Source: Planctomycetota bacterium (lineage in GTDB: Bacteria > Planctomycetota > PLA2 > JAEUHO01). From it: a DNA stretch of 64,000 bases. Shown in pieces: positions 1 through 10,158 of the stretch (positions are counted from its first letter, which is position 1; each line of letters starts with the position of its first letter). The notes beneath the pieces were generated by a model. That model had not been told where the DNA came from. It saw only the letters and a list, made by a program, of their open reading frames with translations, and did no database searches. The stretch spans positions 1,932,082 through 1,996,081 of the forward strand of contig CBDCTJ010000007.1 of NCBI GenBank assembly GCA_965222115.1, read 5' to 3'. Position numbers and translations under genes: made by a program.

Positions 1-1
1 G

Positions 2-1174
2 CCGGAAGAGAGTGCGCTCGCCAAAGGCATCTACGTCACGCGCAACACCATCAAGGGCCAGGGCTCGGCCGCCGCCATTCTCAAGTTCATGAACATGGTG
101 GAGAACGATCCCCGTCTGGTGGCGGTCAAGGGCTTTGAAGTGCACGCCGGAAAGCGTGATGACGAAGCACCCAACCTTCCGATTGAACACTCATGCGAAG
201 TGATGCTCGAGACCTACTTCTACCGTCCCGCCGACGCGAAGTTTGAAGCCGTCCACATTCCGGGTGCCCTCAAGCGCCTGCAGCAGCCCGACGTGCGTCA
301 ACAGATTGCATCATTCCAGCCCGAGCGGCCCGATACCTATGTGTTGCGCCCCATGTCCTCGCGCCGCGATCCGTTGGTGGATCCCCGGCAGTATGCAACC
401 AAGGATGATCCCGCCGAGTACGAGGAGGAATTCAAGAAGCAGGAAGAACTCATTCTTCCCATCGAAGGACGCCACAGCGAGCTTGCGGAGATGATTGTTC
501 TTGAGCGTGAGTTGATCGACAAACACGACATCTTTCGCGCCAATCAGATGGGACTTCAGATTGCCGAGCGCGTTTCGGCATTGCAGTCGGAAATCGCCTC
601 GCTTGAGGACATGAAAACCATCACGATTCCGGAACTCGCCAAGCGCCTGAGTGTGGTCAAAGACGCTGTGACGCGAATCAGTCGTAGCCGGCCCAAGACC
701 GAGTTGGTGGTCACCCGATTGGTCGCCGAGCGGGTCCACGGAGATATCAATACGAAGTTCAACGAGGGCCAGCACGAAGAAGTCGCACGACTCGCTCAGC
801 AGTGGGCCACGTTCTTGCGCGGCAAGGAAGTGCGTCCTGGTGCACGCCGATTCTTGGACGAGATTGAGCGCATTCGCGACAAGTCAAAGAACCAAGCCGA
901 CTTCGCGTCGCTGGATTTCAGCGTGAGCGGCGTGATCGTTCATCCGCGTAACCCCCAGCGCAGCTTGGCGATCGTCAACAAGCGCCGCGTAAAGGTGGGC
1001 GATGCGTTGGACGAGGCCGATGAAGTCACGGTGGCGCAGATTACGTCGAAGACGCTCTGGGTTCGGTTCCGCGGCGAGGAACACGAGATCCCGGTTCGCG
1101 CCGTAGGTAAAAAGAACAAGGGTGCCGCGAGCCGCTCTCGCGGGACGCTGATGCGCGGCACTCGTAGACGTTAG
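2..1174 (+). CDS. Type IV pilus assembly protein, PilO/PilP-like (5' end truncated by window edge)
   Basis: Frame 2 is open from position 2 (PEESALAKGIYV...), so the gene starts upstream of the window. The C-terminal beta-rich segment (SVSGVIVHPRNPQRSLAIVNKRRVKVGDALDEADEVTVAQI) resembles the PilP secretin-binding domain. It sits directly upstream of a secretin gene. The family assignment is pattern-based only. Confidence 0.4.
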   Translation, partial: PEESALAKGIYVTRNTIKGQGSAAAILKFMNMVENDPRLVAVKGFEVHAGKRDDEAPNLPIEHSCEVMLETYFYRPADAKFEAVHIPGALKRLQQPDVRQQIASFQPERPDTYVLRPMSSRRDPLVDPRQYATKDDPAEYEEEFKKQEELILPIEGRHSELAEMIVLERELIDKHDIFRANQMGLQIAERVSALQSEIASLEDMKTITIPELAKRLSVVKDAVTRISRSRPKTELVVTRLVAERVHGDINTKFNEGQHEEVARLAQQWATFLRGKEVRPGARRFLDEIERIRDKSKNQADFASLDFSVSGVIVHPRNPQRSLAIVNKRRVKVGDALDEADEVTVAQITSKTLWVRFRGEEHEIPVRAVGKKNKGAASRSRGTLMRGTRRR

Positions 1175-1468
1175 GACGAGCGGCTTAGGCATGCCGCGAG
1201 AACGGGTTGGAGGCCCACGCAGGAGGACGCACGACATCGGGCGGATGCACCGTCACTAACAAAAGACGAACGCATCCCGCTCGCACGCAAGTGAATGAGG
1301 CACAAGGACTTTGACACGGGCCGGCTTGAGGGGCCAGGCGCCGCGGAATTGGAGTCGTGTCCTCGCCGCGTGACCGACTTGGGGGTCGCGCTTTACTTGG
1401 GCAGTCGAGCAACCGACTGAGGGCTACAGGAGGCAGGTCTTCTCGCGCGTTCCTCTGGAACGCCGAGG

Positions 1469-3562
1469 GTGAGGGTCGTCATGAAGTTTTCTCAGCTCAA
1501 AACCGCTCGATCCGGCACGGATGCGGTACGTCGTGTTCTTTGTGCCGCAACGCTCGCTTTGTTGAGCGTCATTGCGTTTTCTCCGACCACCAGCTTTGCT
1601 GGCGACGGTTCATTGGATCCCGATGCCTACCGCACGCGCGATGTGGGCTCCGGCAAGGTAACCATCGACGTGGATGACCAAGCCTTTGGTCAAGTTGTGC
1701 GCGAGCTCATCTCGCCAGCGACGTCCATGAACATCGTGGTTAGCGCGGCGGCAGAGTCCGAACCCGTCACGTTGCAGGTCCAAGACCTGCATTGGGTTCA
1801 CGCACTCAGCGCGCTCGCCAACAAGATTGGTGGCGTGATCATCGAAGAGGCGGACAATCTCATCAAGATTGAGCGCCCCGAGCCCGTCACGTTTAGTTAC
1901 ACCGACACCGACATTCGTGAAGTGATCGGTTCATTCGGCGATTACGCGGGCGCCAACATCATCGTAAGCCCCAAGGTAAGCGGCAATGTCACCGTCACGC
2001 TCAAGAACGTGCCTTGGCGACATGCGCTTGAGCAAATCGTGCGAACCGTTGGGCCCTATGCCGTGGTCGAAGAGAAGTTCGGCATGCTGCGTGTCGTGCC
2101 GCGAGATGAGCTTGAGCTCACGATGGCCTACCACCGCTTCAAGTTCATTCGTCCACCCGCACCCTATCGCGGTGTGATCGCCGGACAGGGCGGCGGCAGT
2201 GGCGGCGGCAGTGGCGGCGGAAGCGAGACACAGGCCACCGACGCCATCATTTTGGGCAAGCCCAATATTCCTTCCGACGACTACACCACCATCGAGGAGA
2301 CGTTCCCAATTCTCGGCGCACTCAAGCAGATCGTGACCGCGGATGGAGAAGGTGGAAACGTCAAGTATATCCCCTCTCAAAATACGATCGTCTTCACGGG
2401 TACAGCTCCGCGGATCCGCGAAGTGAAGGCCATGCTCAAGCAGCTCGACGTCGAGCCGCCGCAGGTTTTCATTGAGATGAATTTCATCGTGACCAGCAAC
2501 TCGGACGCGATCAACTTGGGCCTGGACGCGGGTGACGCCTCGGGCCTCAACATCGGCATGAGCGGTTCCGACATCATTCACGCCCTGCCCTTCAATACGG
2601 GCGGCGGCGATGGCCTAGCCAAGGCACTAACAGGAACTGCCTTCCCCGCTCCTGCGGCAAGTGCCTTCGGTCACGGTACACTCACCTTTGGTGAAACGCA
2701 GCTCCTCTGGAAATTCCTCCAGCGGGACTCGCGCAGCCGGATCGTTCAAGCTCCGAAGCTCTTGGCCCTGGACAATCAGGAATCCACGATCTTCATTGGC
2801 GAGTCGATCCGATACGCCCGTACGACAGCGGCAACCAACCAGAACGGCGGACTCACGTTCTCCGTAGAAGAAGATCCCAACAGTCCTGTGAGCGTTGGGT
2901 TCCAGCTCCTGGTGATTCCGCACATCATTCCGGGCGAACAGAAGATTCGCATGCTGGTTATTCCCCAGCGCCGCGCCCTTACGGGTACGGGGCCTTTGCC
3001 GGGGTTTGATCGCATCACGGTTTCCGGGCAGAGCATTGATCTGCCGCGTGTTCAGTCGAGTTCGTTGGTTACACACATGATTGTGCGCGATCGTGAGACG
3101 GCCGTCATCGGTGGCCTCATGGAAGAACGCGAAGTTGAACGCGCGGATAAGTGGCCCTTCTTTGGGGATCTCCCCATCATCGGGGCCGCCTTCCAAGGCA
3201 AGGAAAAGTCCATGGTTCGTGAGCACCTCCTCATCACCATCACTCCGCGCATTGTGCGCGGTACCGATGCGGTGAATGCGCGGGTGTCCGACGAACTGGC
3301 CAATCGACCTTATGAGTTGGCCGCCGAGTACGACAGCCTCTATAGCGGATGCGGTACACCCATGTACGGCACGCCTATGGGCGGCGGCGCGGCGACCTAT
3401 AGCACCGAAGTTCCCGGCACCCCGTCAGGTGGTGTCATCATTAAAAACTCCGGTGCTCCCGAAGTTGCTCCCGCCGACGTGGGCACACCTCCGAGCGAAA
3501 TGACCGCTCCCGGGGATGCCCCGCCCGCCGGCGAGCCGATTCCTGTAGCCCCTGGAAGGTAG
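1469..3562 (+). CDS. pilQ: Secretin (PilQ/GspD family) outer-membrane channel
   Basis: N-terminal signal peptide and N0/N1-like domains (VTLKNVPWRHALEQIVRTVGPYAVV). The C-terminal secretin core (NQESTIFIGESIRY..., VIGGLMEEREVERADKWPFFGDLPIIGAAFQGKEKSMVREHLLITITPRIV) is classic. A (GGGS)3 linker is encoded by a 12-bp tandem repeat at about 2189-2224. Confidence 0.85.
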   Translation: MRVVMKFSQLKTARSGTDAVRRVLCAATLALLSVIAFSPTTSFAGDGSLDPDAYRTRDVGSGKVTIDVDDQAFGQVVRELISPATSMNIVVSAAAESEPVTLQVQDLHWVHALSALANKIGGVIIEEADNLIKIERPEPVTFSYTDTDIREVIGSFGDYAGANIIVSPKVSGNVTVTLKNVPWRHALEQIVRTVGPYAVVEEKFGMLRVVPRDELELTMAYHRFKFIRPPAPYRGVIAGQGGGSGGGSGGGSETQATDAIILGKPNIPSDDYTTIEETFPILGALKQIVTADGEGGNVKYIPSQNTIVFTGTAPRIREVKAMLKQLDVEPPQVFIEMNFIVTSNSDAINLGLDAGDASGLNIGMSGSDIIHALPFNTGGGDGLAKALTGTAFPAPAASAFGHGTLTFGETQLLWKFLQRDSRSRIVQAPKLLALDNQESTIFIGESIRYARTTAATNQNGGLTFSVEEDPNSPVSVGFQLLVIPHIIPGEQKIRMLVIPQRRALTGTGPLPGFDRITVSGQSIDLPRVQSSSLVTHMIVRDRETAVIGGLMEEREVERADKWPFFGDLPIIGAAFQGKEKSMVREHLLITITPRIVRGTDAVNARVSDELANRPYELAAEYDSLYSGCGTPMYGTPMGGGAATYSTEVPGTPSGGVIIKNSGAPEVAPADVGTPPSEMTAPGDAPPAGEPIPVAPGR
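2189..2224 (+). repeat. 12-bp tandem repeat (GGCGGCGGCAGT x3) encoding the (GGGS)3 linker inside the secretin gene
   Basis: Direct read: ggcggcggcagt ggcggcggcagt ggcggcggaagc, in frame. Confidence 0.8.
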
Positions 3563-3709
3563 TCAAGCTCTGCTCTGGACCTTTACGTCAGTTTCGGTCC
3601 CGAGTTCCTTCATTACCTATAGCTGATCGTCGATCTGCTTGCGTTCCCACGTATCCGTGGTGCGAGCGTTCGAAGTTGGTTTTGGTGACGAAGTCGATGG
3701 AGCCTTCCA

Positions 3710-6673
3710 TTGGCCTCCGAGAGCAGCAACAGTCCACGCCGTCGACGCGCTCGAAATGGGCGTCGAGGGCGCACGCGGCACACAGATTCTTCCACCACAA
3801 GTGAGCCCGACGCACCAGCGCCGACGCCCGCGCCACCTCCGAAGTCCAGGCCGGCCAGGGGCAATCGAGCGTCTCGCACCCGAGGCGCTCCGGTTCCGCT
3901 GCATGACGCACCCGACGCACCGCCGCGCCTTTCAAATCGGGGCTCAAACCGCGCCAACGGGGAACGCAGTCCACGTCGAAGGGCTCGGCCCACATCACGT
4001 CGGCAGACCACGCGTCGAGCCGCAGAGCCATCCGAGCCAAAGGCGAAGCGCCCGCATCGTGTACGGAAGCGTGCTGTGGTCCGTCGTCGCGTCAAAGCCG
4101 AGCCCGACGTGGTTCCCTCGCGCGACGCGCCCATGCCCCCGACACGCGAAAAGCCCTCACGCCGACGTGAGTCGCGACGTTCCGGGCGCGGAGAACGCGG
4201 TTCGCTCAAGAAGGCACGAAACAAACGATCGCGAACCGATGACAGTCGTGAGCCAACCACCAGCAAGCGCAGTGGATCCCGAAAGAAGAAGAAGGGGGAC
4301 AGTCGGCGCACGCGCGGCGGCCGCGAAGGGCGTGCGCGCGACGCGCGTCGTACAAGTGATCGACGACGCGAGGGCGCACGCGGTCGCGATCGCCATCGAC
4401 GTCGCGACGCCTTTGATGGCAAGGCCATCGACATTGTGCCGCGCGCACCGAGTCCTGAGGACCAGCAACTGGAAAAAGTCTTGTTGGTCAATGCCGCAGA
4501 CCGTGAAGAGGCTCGTATTGCCCTCGTAGTGGGCGGGCGTCTTGAAGAGATCTACGTTGAATCCACACGCGATCGATCCACGGCGGGCCACATTTATCGT
4601 GGGCGCATTCAAAACGTGGAAAAGGGTATCGGCGCAGCATTTGTGGATCTTGGACGCGGCGTAACGGGCTTTCTACACGTGTCGGATATGCCGGTCATTC
4701 GCGACGACGACACAGGCGCCACCACGAAAGACAACTCGCAGGGCACCACAGACAGCGACGCGCAAGAAGCCAACCCGACCGAGCAAGATGCACCGTCTCG
4801 CTCCGAGGCTAACGAGCCACCCGAGCCGTCCGAACCTCTCGCGCTACACGAGCCACTTAGGGCGGGCGATGAGGTCATTGTTCAGATCACGCGGGATGGC
4901 ATCGGTCGCAAAGGGCCTGCGCTTACCGGGCGCATCTCTCTGCCGGGTCGCTATCTCGTCTTGCTTCCCTACGCCGGTCGTTCCGGTATTTCGCGCCGTA
5001 TTCCCCAAGGTCGTGAACGGCAACGCATGCGCAAGCTGTTGCGCAAACTTGATGTGCCGGGAGGCATGGGCGTGATTGTGCGCACCGCAAGCGAATCCAC
5101 CGACCTCGCCGCATTGCAGGCCGACTTGGCGCACTTGGTGGACGAGTGGTCGCGGATTCAAGAACGTGCGGCCGAGCCCGGTCCACCCGGCGTGTTGCGT
5201 GCGGAAAGCAATCTTGCCGAGCGCAGCGTGCGCGACATTATGCCGAGTGACGTGACGCGCATTGTTGTGGACCGCGGCGAAACCGCTGGCCAAATGCATC
5301 GATTATTGCGCACGTGGTACCCGTCGGCCGCCGCGGCGGCGGAAGAGGTGTCAAAGGTCGCTGCGCGCACCGTGTCCGCTTCGGCATTTACACCGCTCGG
5401 TGAGCTATCACCCACCGGCGAAGCCCTGGCGACCTCCGTGGGTGCTGCGCCCGATGCCACCGAAGACGAAACGCTGAGCGAAGTCGAAGGAGAGTGGGAG
5501 GAGGAATCGCATCCAGGTGCGAATGGGCTCGAGCCCATCGAGTTGAAAGACGACGAGCGTGTTGCGGATGAATGGGACGACTCCGAACTCGTGGATGACG
5601 ACGACGATCATCATGAAGATCTCGACGACGATGACGACGAGGATCACGATGTCGATGAGTACGACGAAGATGTCGATGACGACGAAGACGAAGAAGACCT
5701 GGAAGATGATGACGACGACGACCACGACCATGAAGACGAAGACGATCACGTAGCTGAGTCCGAAGAGTCGCCCTCGCTACAATCCGCTCCCGACGGTGAA
5801 GTTGAAGACGAAGAACTTGAGGACGCAGTCCAAATCGATGTCGAGTCTGAGGTCGCGTCCAATGAAGAGGATGAGGAGGATCCGGCCGCCCGCATTGAAC
5901 GCCTTCGCGCATTGGCCCGTTCCATGCCCGACGTTGAGATCCACACCGATCCCATGCCGCTGTTCCATGCCTACAACATCGAGACGCAGTTGGAAGAGGC
6001 CTTCCGTCGCACGGTGCGTCTGCCGTCGGGCGGTTCGCTCGTCTTTGATCCCACCGAGGCGCTCTTTGCCATCGACGTCAACAGCGGTCGTCTGACCGAC
6101 GCTGAAGATCCCGAACGCACCGCGCTCGTTACAAACTTGGAGGCCGTGGCCGAGGTCGCGCGTCAGCTTCGTTTGCGAGACCGCGGGGGGCTTGTGGTGA
6201 TCGACTTTATCGACATGCGCATGCGCAGTTCGCGTCGAAAGGTCGAAGTTGCGCTGCGTGAAGCCCTTTCGAAAGACCGCGCGCGCATTCGCTTGGGTCG
6301 CATGGGCCCCTTCGGCTTAGTGATTTTGTCTCGTCAGCGCATTCGCCAAGCGCTTTCCCGCGTCACGCACACATCGTGTACCGCGTGTCATGGCACCGGT
6401 CGCCGGCGTCATGTATCCGGGCTGGGCTTGCGGATTCTGCGCGAAATGGAAGCGCGTGTGGCACGGGCCCGCGGTCGGGGCGGTCTCGAAGTGCGGGCAC
6501 CGCAGGAAGTCTTGCAATGGCTCAAGAAGCATCGCGCGGGAGCGCTGCGTGCGTTGCGGGCCGAGGCGCGAGGGCCTCTTGAACTTGTGTCGGATAGCCG
6601 ATTGGCCGTGGATGGTTGGGCCATGAAGGGCATTGCCAACACCGAGCCGTCGGGAAAGCCTGACAAAACGTAG
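3710..6673 (+). CDS. rne: Ribonuclease E/G family endoribonuclease with Arg-rich N-terminal tail and internal polyacidic insert
   Basis: S1 domain (HIYRGRIQNVEKGIGAAFVDLGRGVTGFLHVSDM). DNase I-like catalytic subdomain (LVFDPTEALFAIDVNSGR...LVVIDFIDMRMR). Zn-link CTACHGTGRRRHVSG. The first about 250 aa are R/S/P-rich. An about 110-aa D/E/H-rich insert lies between the two catalytic halves. Confidence 0.85.
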   Translation: MASESSNSPRRRRARNGRRGRTRHTDSSTTSEPDAPAPTPAPPPKSRPARGNRASRTRGAPVPLHDAPDAPPRLSNRGSNRANGERSPRRRARPTSRRQTTRRAAEPSEPKAKRPHRVRKRAVVRRRVKAEPDVVPSRDAPMPPTREKPSRRRESRRSGRGERGSLKKARNKRSRTDDSREPTTSKRSGSRKKKKGDSRRTRGGREGRARDARRTSDRRREGARGRDRHRRRDAFDGKAIDIVPRAPSPEDQQLEKVLLVNAADREEARIALVVGGRLEEIYVESTRDRSTAGHIYRGRIQNVEKGIGAAFVDLGRGVTGFLHVSDMPVIRDDDTGATTKDNSQGTTDSDAQEANPTEQDAPSRSEANEPPEPSEPLALHEPLRAGDEVIVQITRDGIGRKGPALTGRISLPGRYLVLLPYAGRSGISRRIPQGRERQRMRKLLRKLDVPGGMGVIVRTASESTDLAALQADLAHLVDEWSRIQERAAEPGPPGVLRAESNLAERSVRDIMPSDVTRIVVDRGETAGQMHRLLRTWYPSAAAAAEEVSKVAARTVSASAFTPLGELSPTGEALATSVGAAPDATEDETLSEVEGEWEEESHPGANGLEPIELKDDERVADEWDDSELVDDDDDHHEDLDDDDDEDHDVDEYDEDVDDDEDEEDLEDDDDDDHDHEDEDDHVAESEESPSLQSAPDGEVEDEELEDAVQIDVESEVASNEEDEEDPAARIERLRALARSMPDVEIHTDPMPLFHAYNIETQLEEAFRRTVRLPSGGSLVFDPTEALFAIDVNSGRLTDAEDPERTALVTNLEAVAEVARQLRLRDRGGLVVIDFIDMRMRSSRRKVEVALREALSKDRARIRLGRMGPFGLVILSRQRIRQALSRVTHTSCTACHGTGRRRHVSGLGLRILREMEARVARARGRGGLEVRAPQEVLQWLKKHRAGALRALRAEARGPLELVSDSRLAVDGWAMKGIANTEPSGKPDKT

Positions 6674-6868
6674 CATTTGGCCCACCCGCCCCCGTGGATC
6701 GGGTGGGTTTCGTTTCTGCCCTTCATTGCGGAGGGCCCGCGGGGCCGCTATGGTCTCGGCCCGTATCTCATGAGTCGCGCGTGCGAAGCTCAGGCGTCGT
6801 GTATGTGCCCTCCGCGTGGCCCGCCCACGAGCAAATCCAGTTTGACCTGTTCCGTAGGAATCCGTCCC

Positions 6869-7177
6869 ATGTATGCGATCGTGAATGACCGAGGCAAGCA
6901 GTACATGGTCCACGAAGGCGATCGCCTTTGGATCGATCGTATTGATGCTGAACCCGGTTCCAGCATTTCCTTTGACCAGGTCATGGTGGTAGGCGGCGAT
7001 AGCGGCGTGCGCGTGGGTCGGCCCACCGTGGACGGCGCGTCCGTCAGTGCGACCGTGGTCGCCGAGCGCAAAGATAAGAAGATTGTCGTCTTCAAGAAGA
7101 AGCGCCGCAAGATGTACCGCCGCAAGCAGGGCCATCGTCAACGATATACAGAAATCGAAGTCGGAACCATCGCGTAG
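6869..7177 (+). CDS. rplU: 50S ribosomal protein L21
   Basis: MYAIVNDRGKQYMVHEGDRLWIDRI...KIVVFKKKRRKMYRRKQGHRQ is a typical L21 sequence. It is an internal ATG of the longer six-frame ORF 6677..7177. Confidence 0.93.
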   Translation: MYAIVNDRGKQYMVHEGDRLWIDRIDAEPGSSISFDQVMVVGGDSGVRVGRPTVDGASVSATVVAERKDKKIVVFKKKRRKMYRRKQGHRQRYTEIEVGTIA

Positions 7178-7250
7178 CCCGGACTCGAACCATTGAGATC
7201 GATGTTCACGAGGCCCACGATTTCCAAGGGGCCCAACAGGAGTACCAGTT

Positions 7251-7496
7251 ATGGCGCATAAGAAGGGTCAAGGTTCGTGTCGCAACGGACGCGACAGCAA
7301 TGCCAAGTCCCGCGGCATCAAGAAGTACGCCGGGGAAACGGTTCGTGCAGGCAATATCTTGGTTCGGCAAGTTGGATCGCGTTTCAAGCCCGGCCACGGT
7401 GTGGGCATGGGCAACGACTATACGCTTTTTGCGCTGCGTGACGGTGTTGTTGAATACCAAACCAACAAGCGCGTTCATATTCGCGAGCTGAGTTAG
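7251..7496 (+). CDS. rpmA: 50S ribosomal protein L27
   Basis: [29 protein letters not shown]...; conserved rplU-rpmA-obg order; RBS-like AGGAG 9 nt upstream. Confidence 0.95.
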   Translation: MAHKKGQGSCRNGRDSNAKSRGIKKYAGETVRAGNILVRQVGSRFKPGHGVGMGNDYTLFALRDGVVEYQTNKRVHIRELS

Positions 7497-7523
7497 CCGC
7501 GTCCGTCGATCGACGCGGTTCAT
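7497..7523 (+). terminator. Hairpin just after rpmA (possible attenuator/terminator)
   Basis: CCGCGTC-cgtcgatc-GACGCGG (7-bp perfect stem) followed by TTCAT. No strong U-tract. Confidence 0.25.
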
Positions 7524-7580
7524 AGGCCGTGCGCGTGCGAATCCTCGGTGCGACACACGGTGTTCTTGTAGGCTTGTTTC

Positions 7581-8609
7581 TTGTTTATTGACGAACGACG
7601 CATCCGTGTGCGCTCTGGGAATGGCGGCCACGGCATTGTGGCTTGGCGAAGAGAACGCCGCGTGCCGCGTGGGGGACCCGCCGGTGGCGATGGGGGGCGT
7701 GGGGGCGACGTTGTGCTCGTTGCCGACGTACAGATGACGACCTTTGCCGACATGCAGGACGTGCGTGTGGTCAAGGCGGGAAACGGTGAATCGGGAAGCG
7801 GTAACAAGTGCCACGGGGCCGGTGCAGACGACACCATTCTTCGCGTCCCCGTGGGCACCACGGTTTACGTGGAACCCTCCGGCAACAAACTCGTGGACTT
7901 TGTCGAGGACGGCCAGACGTACGTCGTAGCTCGTGGCGGGCGCGGAGGTCGCGGAAATGCGCGCTTTGCAACAGCGACAGATCAAGCGCCCACGCACCAC
8001 ACGAAGGGTCGACCCGGTCGTGAGCGTACGCTACGACTGGAACTGCGGCTCCTCGCCGACGTGGGATTGGTCGGACTGCCCAACGCGGGCAAGAGCACCT
8101 TGCTTTCGCGCGTGTCGGCGGCCACGCCGCGGGTGGCCGACTATCCGTTTACGACGCTCGTTCCCCATCTCGGCATTGTGGAGATCGACCGCACGCGTTT
8201 TGTGATGGCCGATCTTCCGGGGTTGATTGAAGGCGCCCATGCGGGCAGCGGGTTGGGCGACCGATTTCTGCGGCACATTGAACGCACCCGCGTGCTTCTA
8301 CACCTCGTGGATCCCCTGCCCGGCGATGGATCGAATCCGATTGAGAACTATTTGGCGATTCGAGGCGAACTCTTGGCTTACGACCCCGCGCTCGCGGAGC
8401 GCCCGGAGATCCTCGTGGCCACCAAAATGGACCTCTACCCCGAAATCGTCGCGGGTGGCGGGAAGGGCGATGATCCGATCACGGAGACCTTGAGGGAACT
8501 GGCGGCGCGTGCCGATAGGAGGGTGTTTCCTATTTCGGCCGCGTCTGGAATTGGCGTTCGCGGAATGCTCCGCGAAGTCGCCAAGGTGCTCGCGGCGACA
8601 CGGGAATAG
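7581..8609 (+). CDS. obg: GTPase Obg/CgtA
   Basis: Glycine-rich Obg fold (RVRSGNGGHGIVAWRRERRVPRGGPAGGDGGRGGDV) and G domain (GLVGLPNAGKSTLLS). TTG start in the ORF track. Confidence 0.93.
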   Translation: MFIDERRIRVRSGNGGHGIVAWRRERRVPRGGPAGGDGGRGGDVVLVADVQMTTFADMQDVRVVKAGNGESGSGNKCHGAGADDTILRVPVGTTVYVEPSGNKLVDFVEDGQTYVVARGGRGGRGNARFATATDQAPTHHTKGRPGRERTLRLELRLLADVGLVGLPNAGKSTLLSRVSAATPRVADYPFTTLVPHLGIVEIDRTRFVMADLPGLIEGAHAGSGLGDRFLRHIERTRVLLHLVDPLPGDGSNPIENYLAIRGELLAYDPALAERPEILVATKMDLYPEIVAGGGKGDDPITETLRELAARADRRVFPISAASGIGVRGMLREVAKVLAATRE

Positions 8610-8636
8610 AGGACGCTTCGAGCCGCTGGACCTTCG

Positions 8637-9911
8637 GTGGATTCGACGGGCGACCTCCAATTTTTGCACGTTTCGGGGCCCACCATGCTCGACGAGATCT
8701 TGATCCACTTCAAAGTGATGGTGAAAGAACGCGCGTCCGACCTATTCCTGCGCGCGGGGTACCGTCCCGCGTCGCGCATCGACGGCGTGATTCGGTTTCT
8801 CTCCGATCAGATTGTGACCGAGGAACAGGCCGACGCGTTGCTCAATCACATTCTTGCGCCCAAGGACGTGGATGACTTCGAGCGGAGGAAGGAAAAGGAC
8901 ACCGCGTTCGTGGTGCCCGGCGTGGGTCGCTTCCGTTGCAACATTCTCCGTCAGCGTCAGCGCCTCGCATTCGTCTTTCGCCACGTGCAGGAATCTATTC
9001 CGCCCATGGAGGCCTTGCACCTTCCGGTAAAGCCCATTCAGTCGCTCGCCATGAAAGAACGTGGTCTCATCTTGGTCACCGGCACAACGGGTTCCGGTAA
9101 ATCCACCACGCTCGCGTCGATGATCGACTACATGAATCAGCGCGTGGCACGCCACATTGTGACCGTTGAAGATCCGATGGAGTTTGTGTTCCACGACAAC
9201 AAATGCGCCATCATGCAACGTGAAGTGGGCATCGATACGCTCGATTACCCCTCGGCACTCAAGGGTGTTGTGCGTCAGAGCCCCGACGTGATTCTGATTG
9301 GTGAAATGCGCGATGCCGAGACGGTGTCGGCGGCGCTGAGCGCTGCGGAAACAGGTCATTTGGTCATGTCCACCTTGCACACCATCAATGCGGTGCAGAC
9401 CGTTGAACGTATCATTAGCTTCTTCCCGCCCCATCAACACGACACGATTCGCTTGCAGCTCTCCATGACGTTGCAGGGGGTCGTCAGCCAACGTCTACTC
9501 ACGCGTCGCGCTGCGCCGGGTCGTGTACCTGCGATTGAAATCTTGTTGGGTACGCCCACGGTGCGTGAAATGGTGCTAGAGGGGCGCACCCTTGAGTTGG
9601 CCGATGCACTGGAAGAGGGTCACAAGTATTACGGCAGCCAGAGCTTCAATCAGAGCTTGGTGGCGCTGCTTCGCGAAGGCGTGATTGACATTGACGACGC
9701 TATGGCCGCGGCCGACAGCCCCGACGAACTCAACCTCGTTCTGCGCGGCATCTCCAAGGGAACGAGCAATCTCGACGCCACGCCCACGAGCGGCGCCAAA
9801 CCCGCCGAAGGCGAGTCGAAAATCCGCCACGGGTTTGAGGGTGCGACGAAGACGCCGGCCGCTTCGGGCAGCCGTTCGAGTTCAAAGTCGGGCACCTGGG
9901 GATCCTCGTAA
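8637..9911 (+). CDS. pilT: Type IV pilus retraction ATPase PilT/PilU family, with about 70-aa low-complexity C-terminal extension
   Basis: Walker A GTTGSGKSTTLASMIDYMN; PilT signature HLVMSTLHT; conserved EDPMEF and ILIGEMRD motifs. The likely true start is the internal ATG at 8685 (MLDEILIHF...ASDLFL). Confidence 0.85.
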   Translation: MDSTGDLQFLHVSGPTMLDEILIHFKVMVKERASDLFLRAGYRPASRIDGVIRFLSDQIVTEEQADALLNHILAPKDVDDFERRKEKDTAFVVPGVGRFRCNILRQRQRLAFVFRHVQESIPPMEALHLPVKPIQSLAMKERGLILVTGTTGSGKSTTLASMIDYMNQRVARHIVTVEDPMEFVFHDNKCAIMQREVGIDTLDYPSALKGVVRQSPDVILIGEMRDAETVSAALSAAETGHLVMSTLHTINAVQTVERIISFFPPHQHDTIRLQLSMTLQGVVSQRLLTRRAAPGRVPAIEILLGTPTVREMVLEGRTLELADALEEGHKYYGSQSFNQSLVALLREGVIDIDDAMAAADSPDELNLVLRGISKGTSNLDATPTSGAKPAEGESKIRHGFEGATKTPAASGSRSSSKSGTWGSS

Positions 9912-10158
9912 CACGAGTTCCGCACGGTACGGCCTTCTCATAATGCCTAACGCACTCTCGAATCGTCTGGCGTCCGTCCCACATTTGGAAAGCCGCTGCG
10001 CGTAGAAGTCGTCCAAGGGGAGATTGCGACGACAACCAAGGAAGCGTAGGGATCCCGCCCCCGGTGGTATTCTGCTCCCCGTGACGCGCCGCGCTATACA
10101 TGCTGTTCGGCCCACGTCATGTGACCGCGTGACATGAGGCCAGGAGTGAGTTCACACC

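Noticed and set aside
2189-2224. Short tandem repeats here and at 39601-39680 considered as possible CRISPR or other repeat arrays
   Set aside because: They are in-frame codon repeats encoding the (GGGS)3 and (PD)8 linkers. There are no spacer-repeat periodicity and no cas genes.
1469-3562. Alternative reading of the secretin as a T2SS GspD because a GspC-like gene is nearby
   Set aside because: PilT and a PilP-like upstream partner favour a PilQ-type assignment. This is left open in the findings rather than asserted.
3613-4491. Minus-strand 292-aa Arg/Ser/Pro-rich ORF and the overlapping plus-frame ORF 3639-4529
   Set aside because: They overlap the Arg-rich N-terminal region of RNase E/G. 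The compositional bias keeps all frames open, and no independent start signal is present.
5408-5749. Minus-strand ORF encoding an extremely hydrophobic poly-Val/Ile/Phe peptide (113 aa)
   Set aside because: It is the antisense reading of the GAC/GAA/GAT-rich acidic tract inside the RNase E/G gene, a low-complexity artefact.
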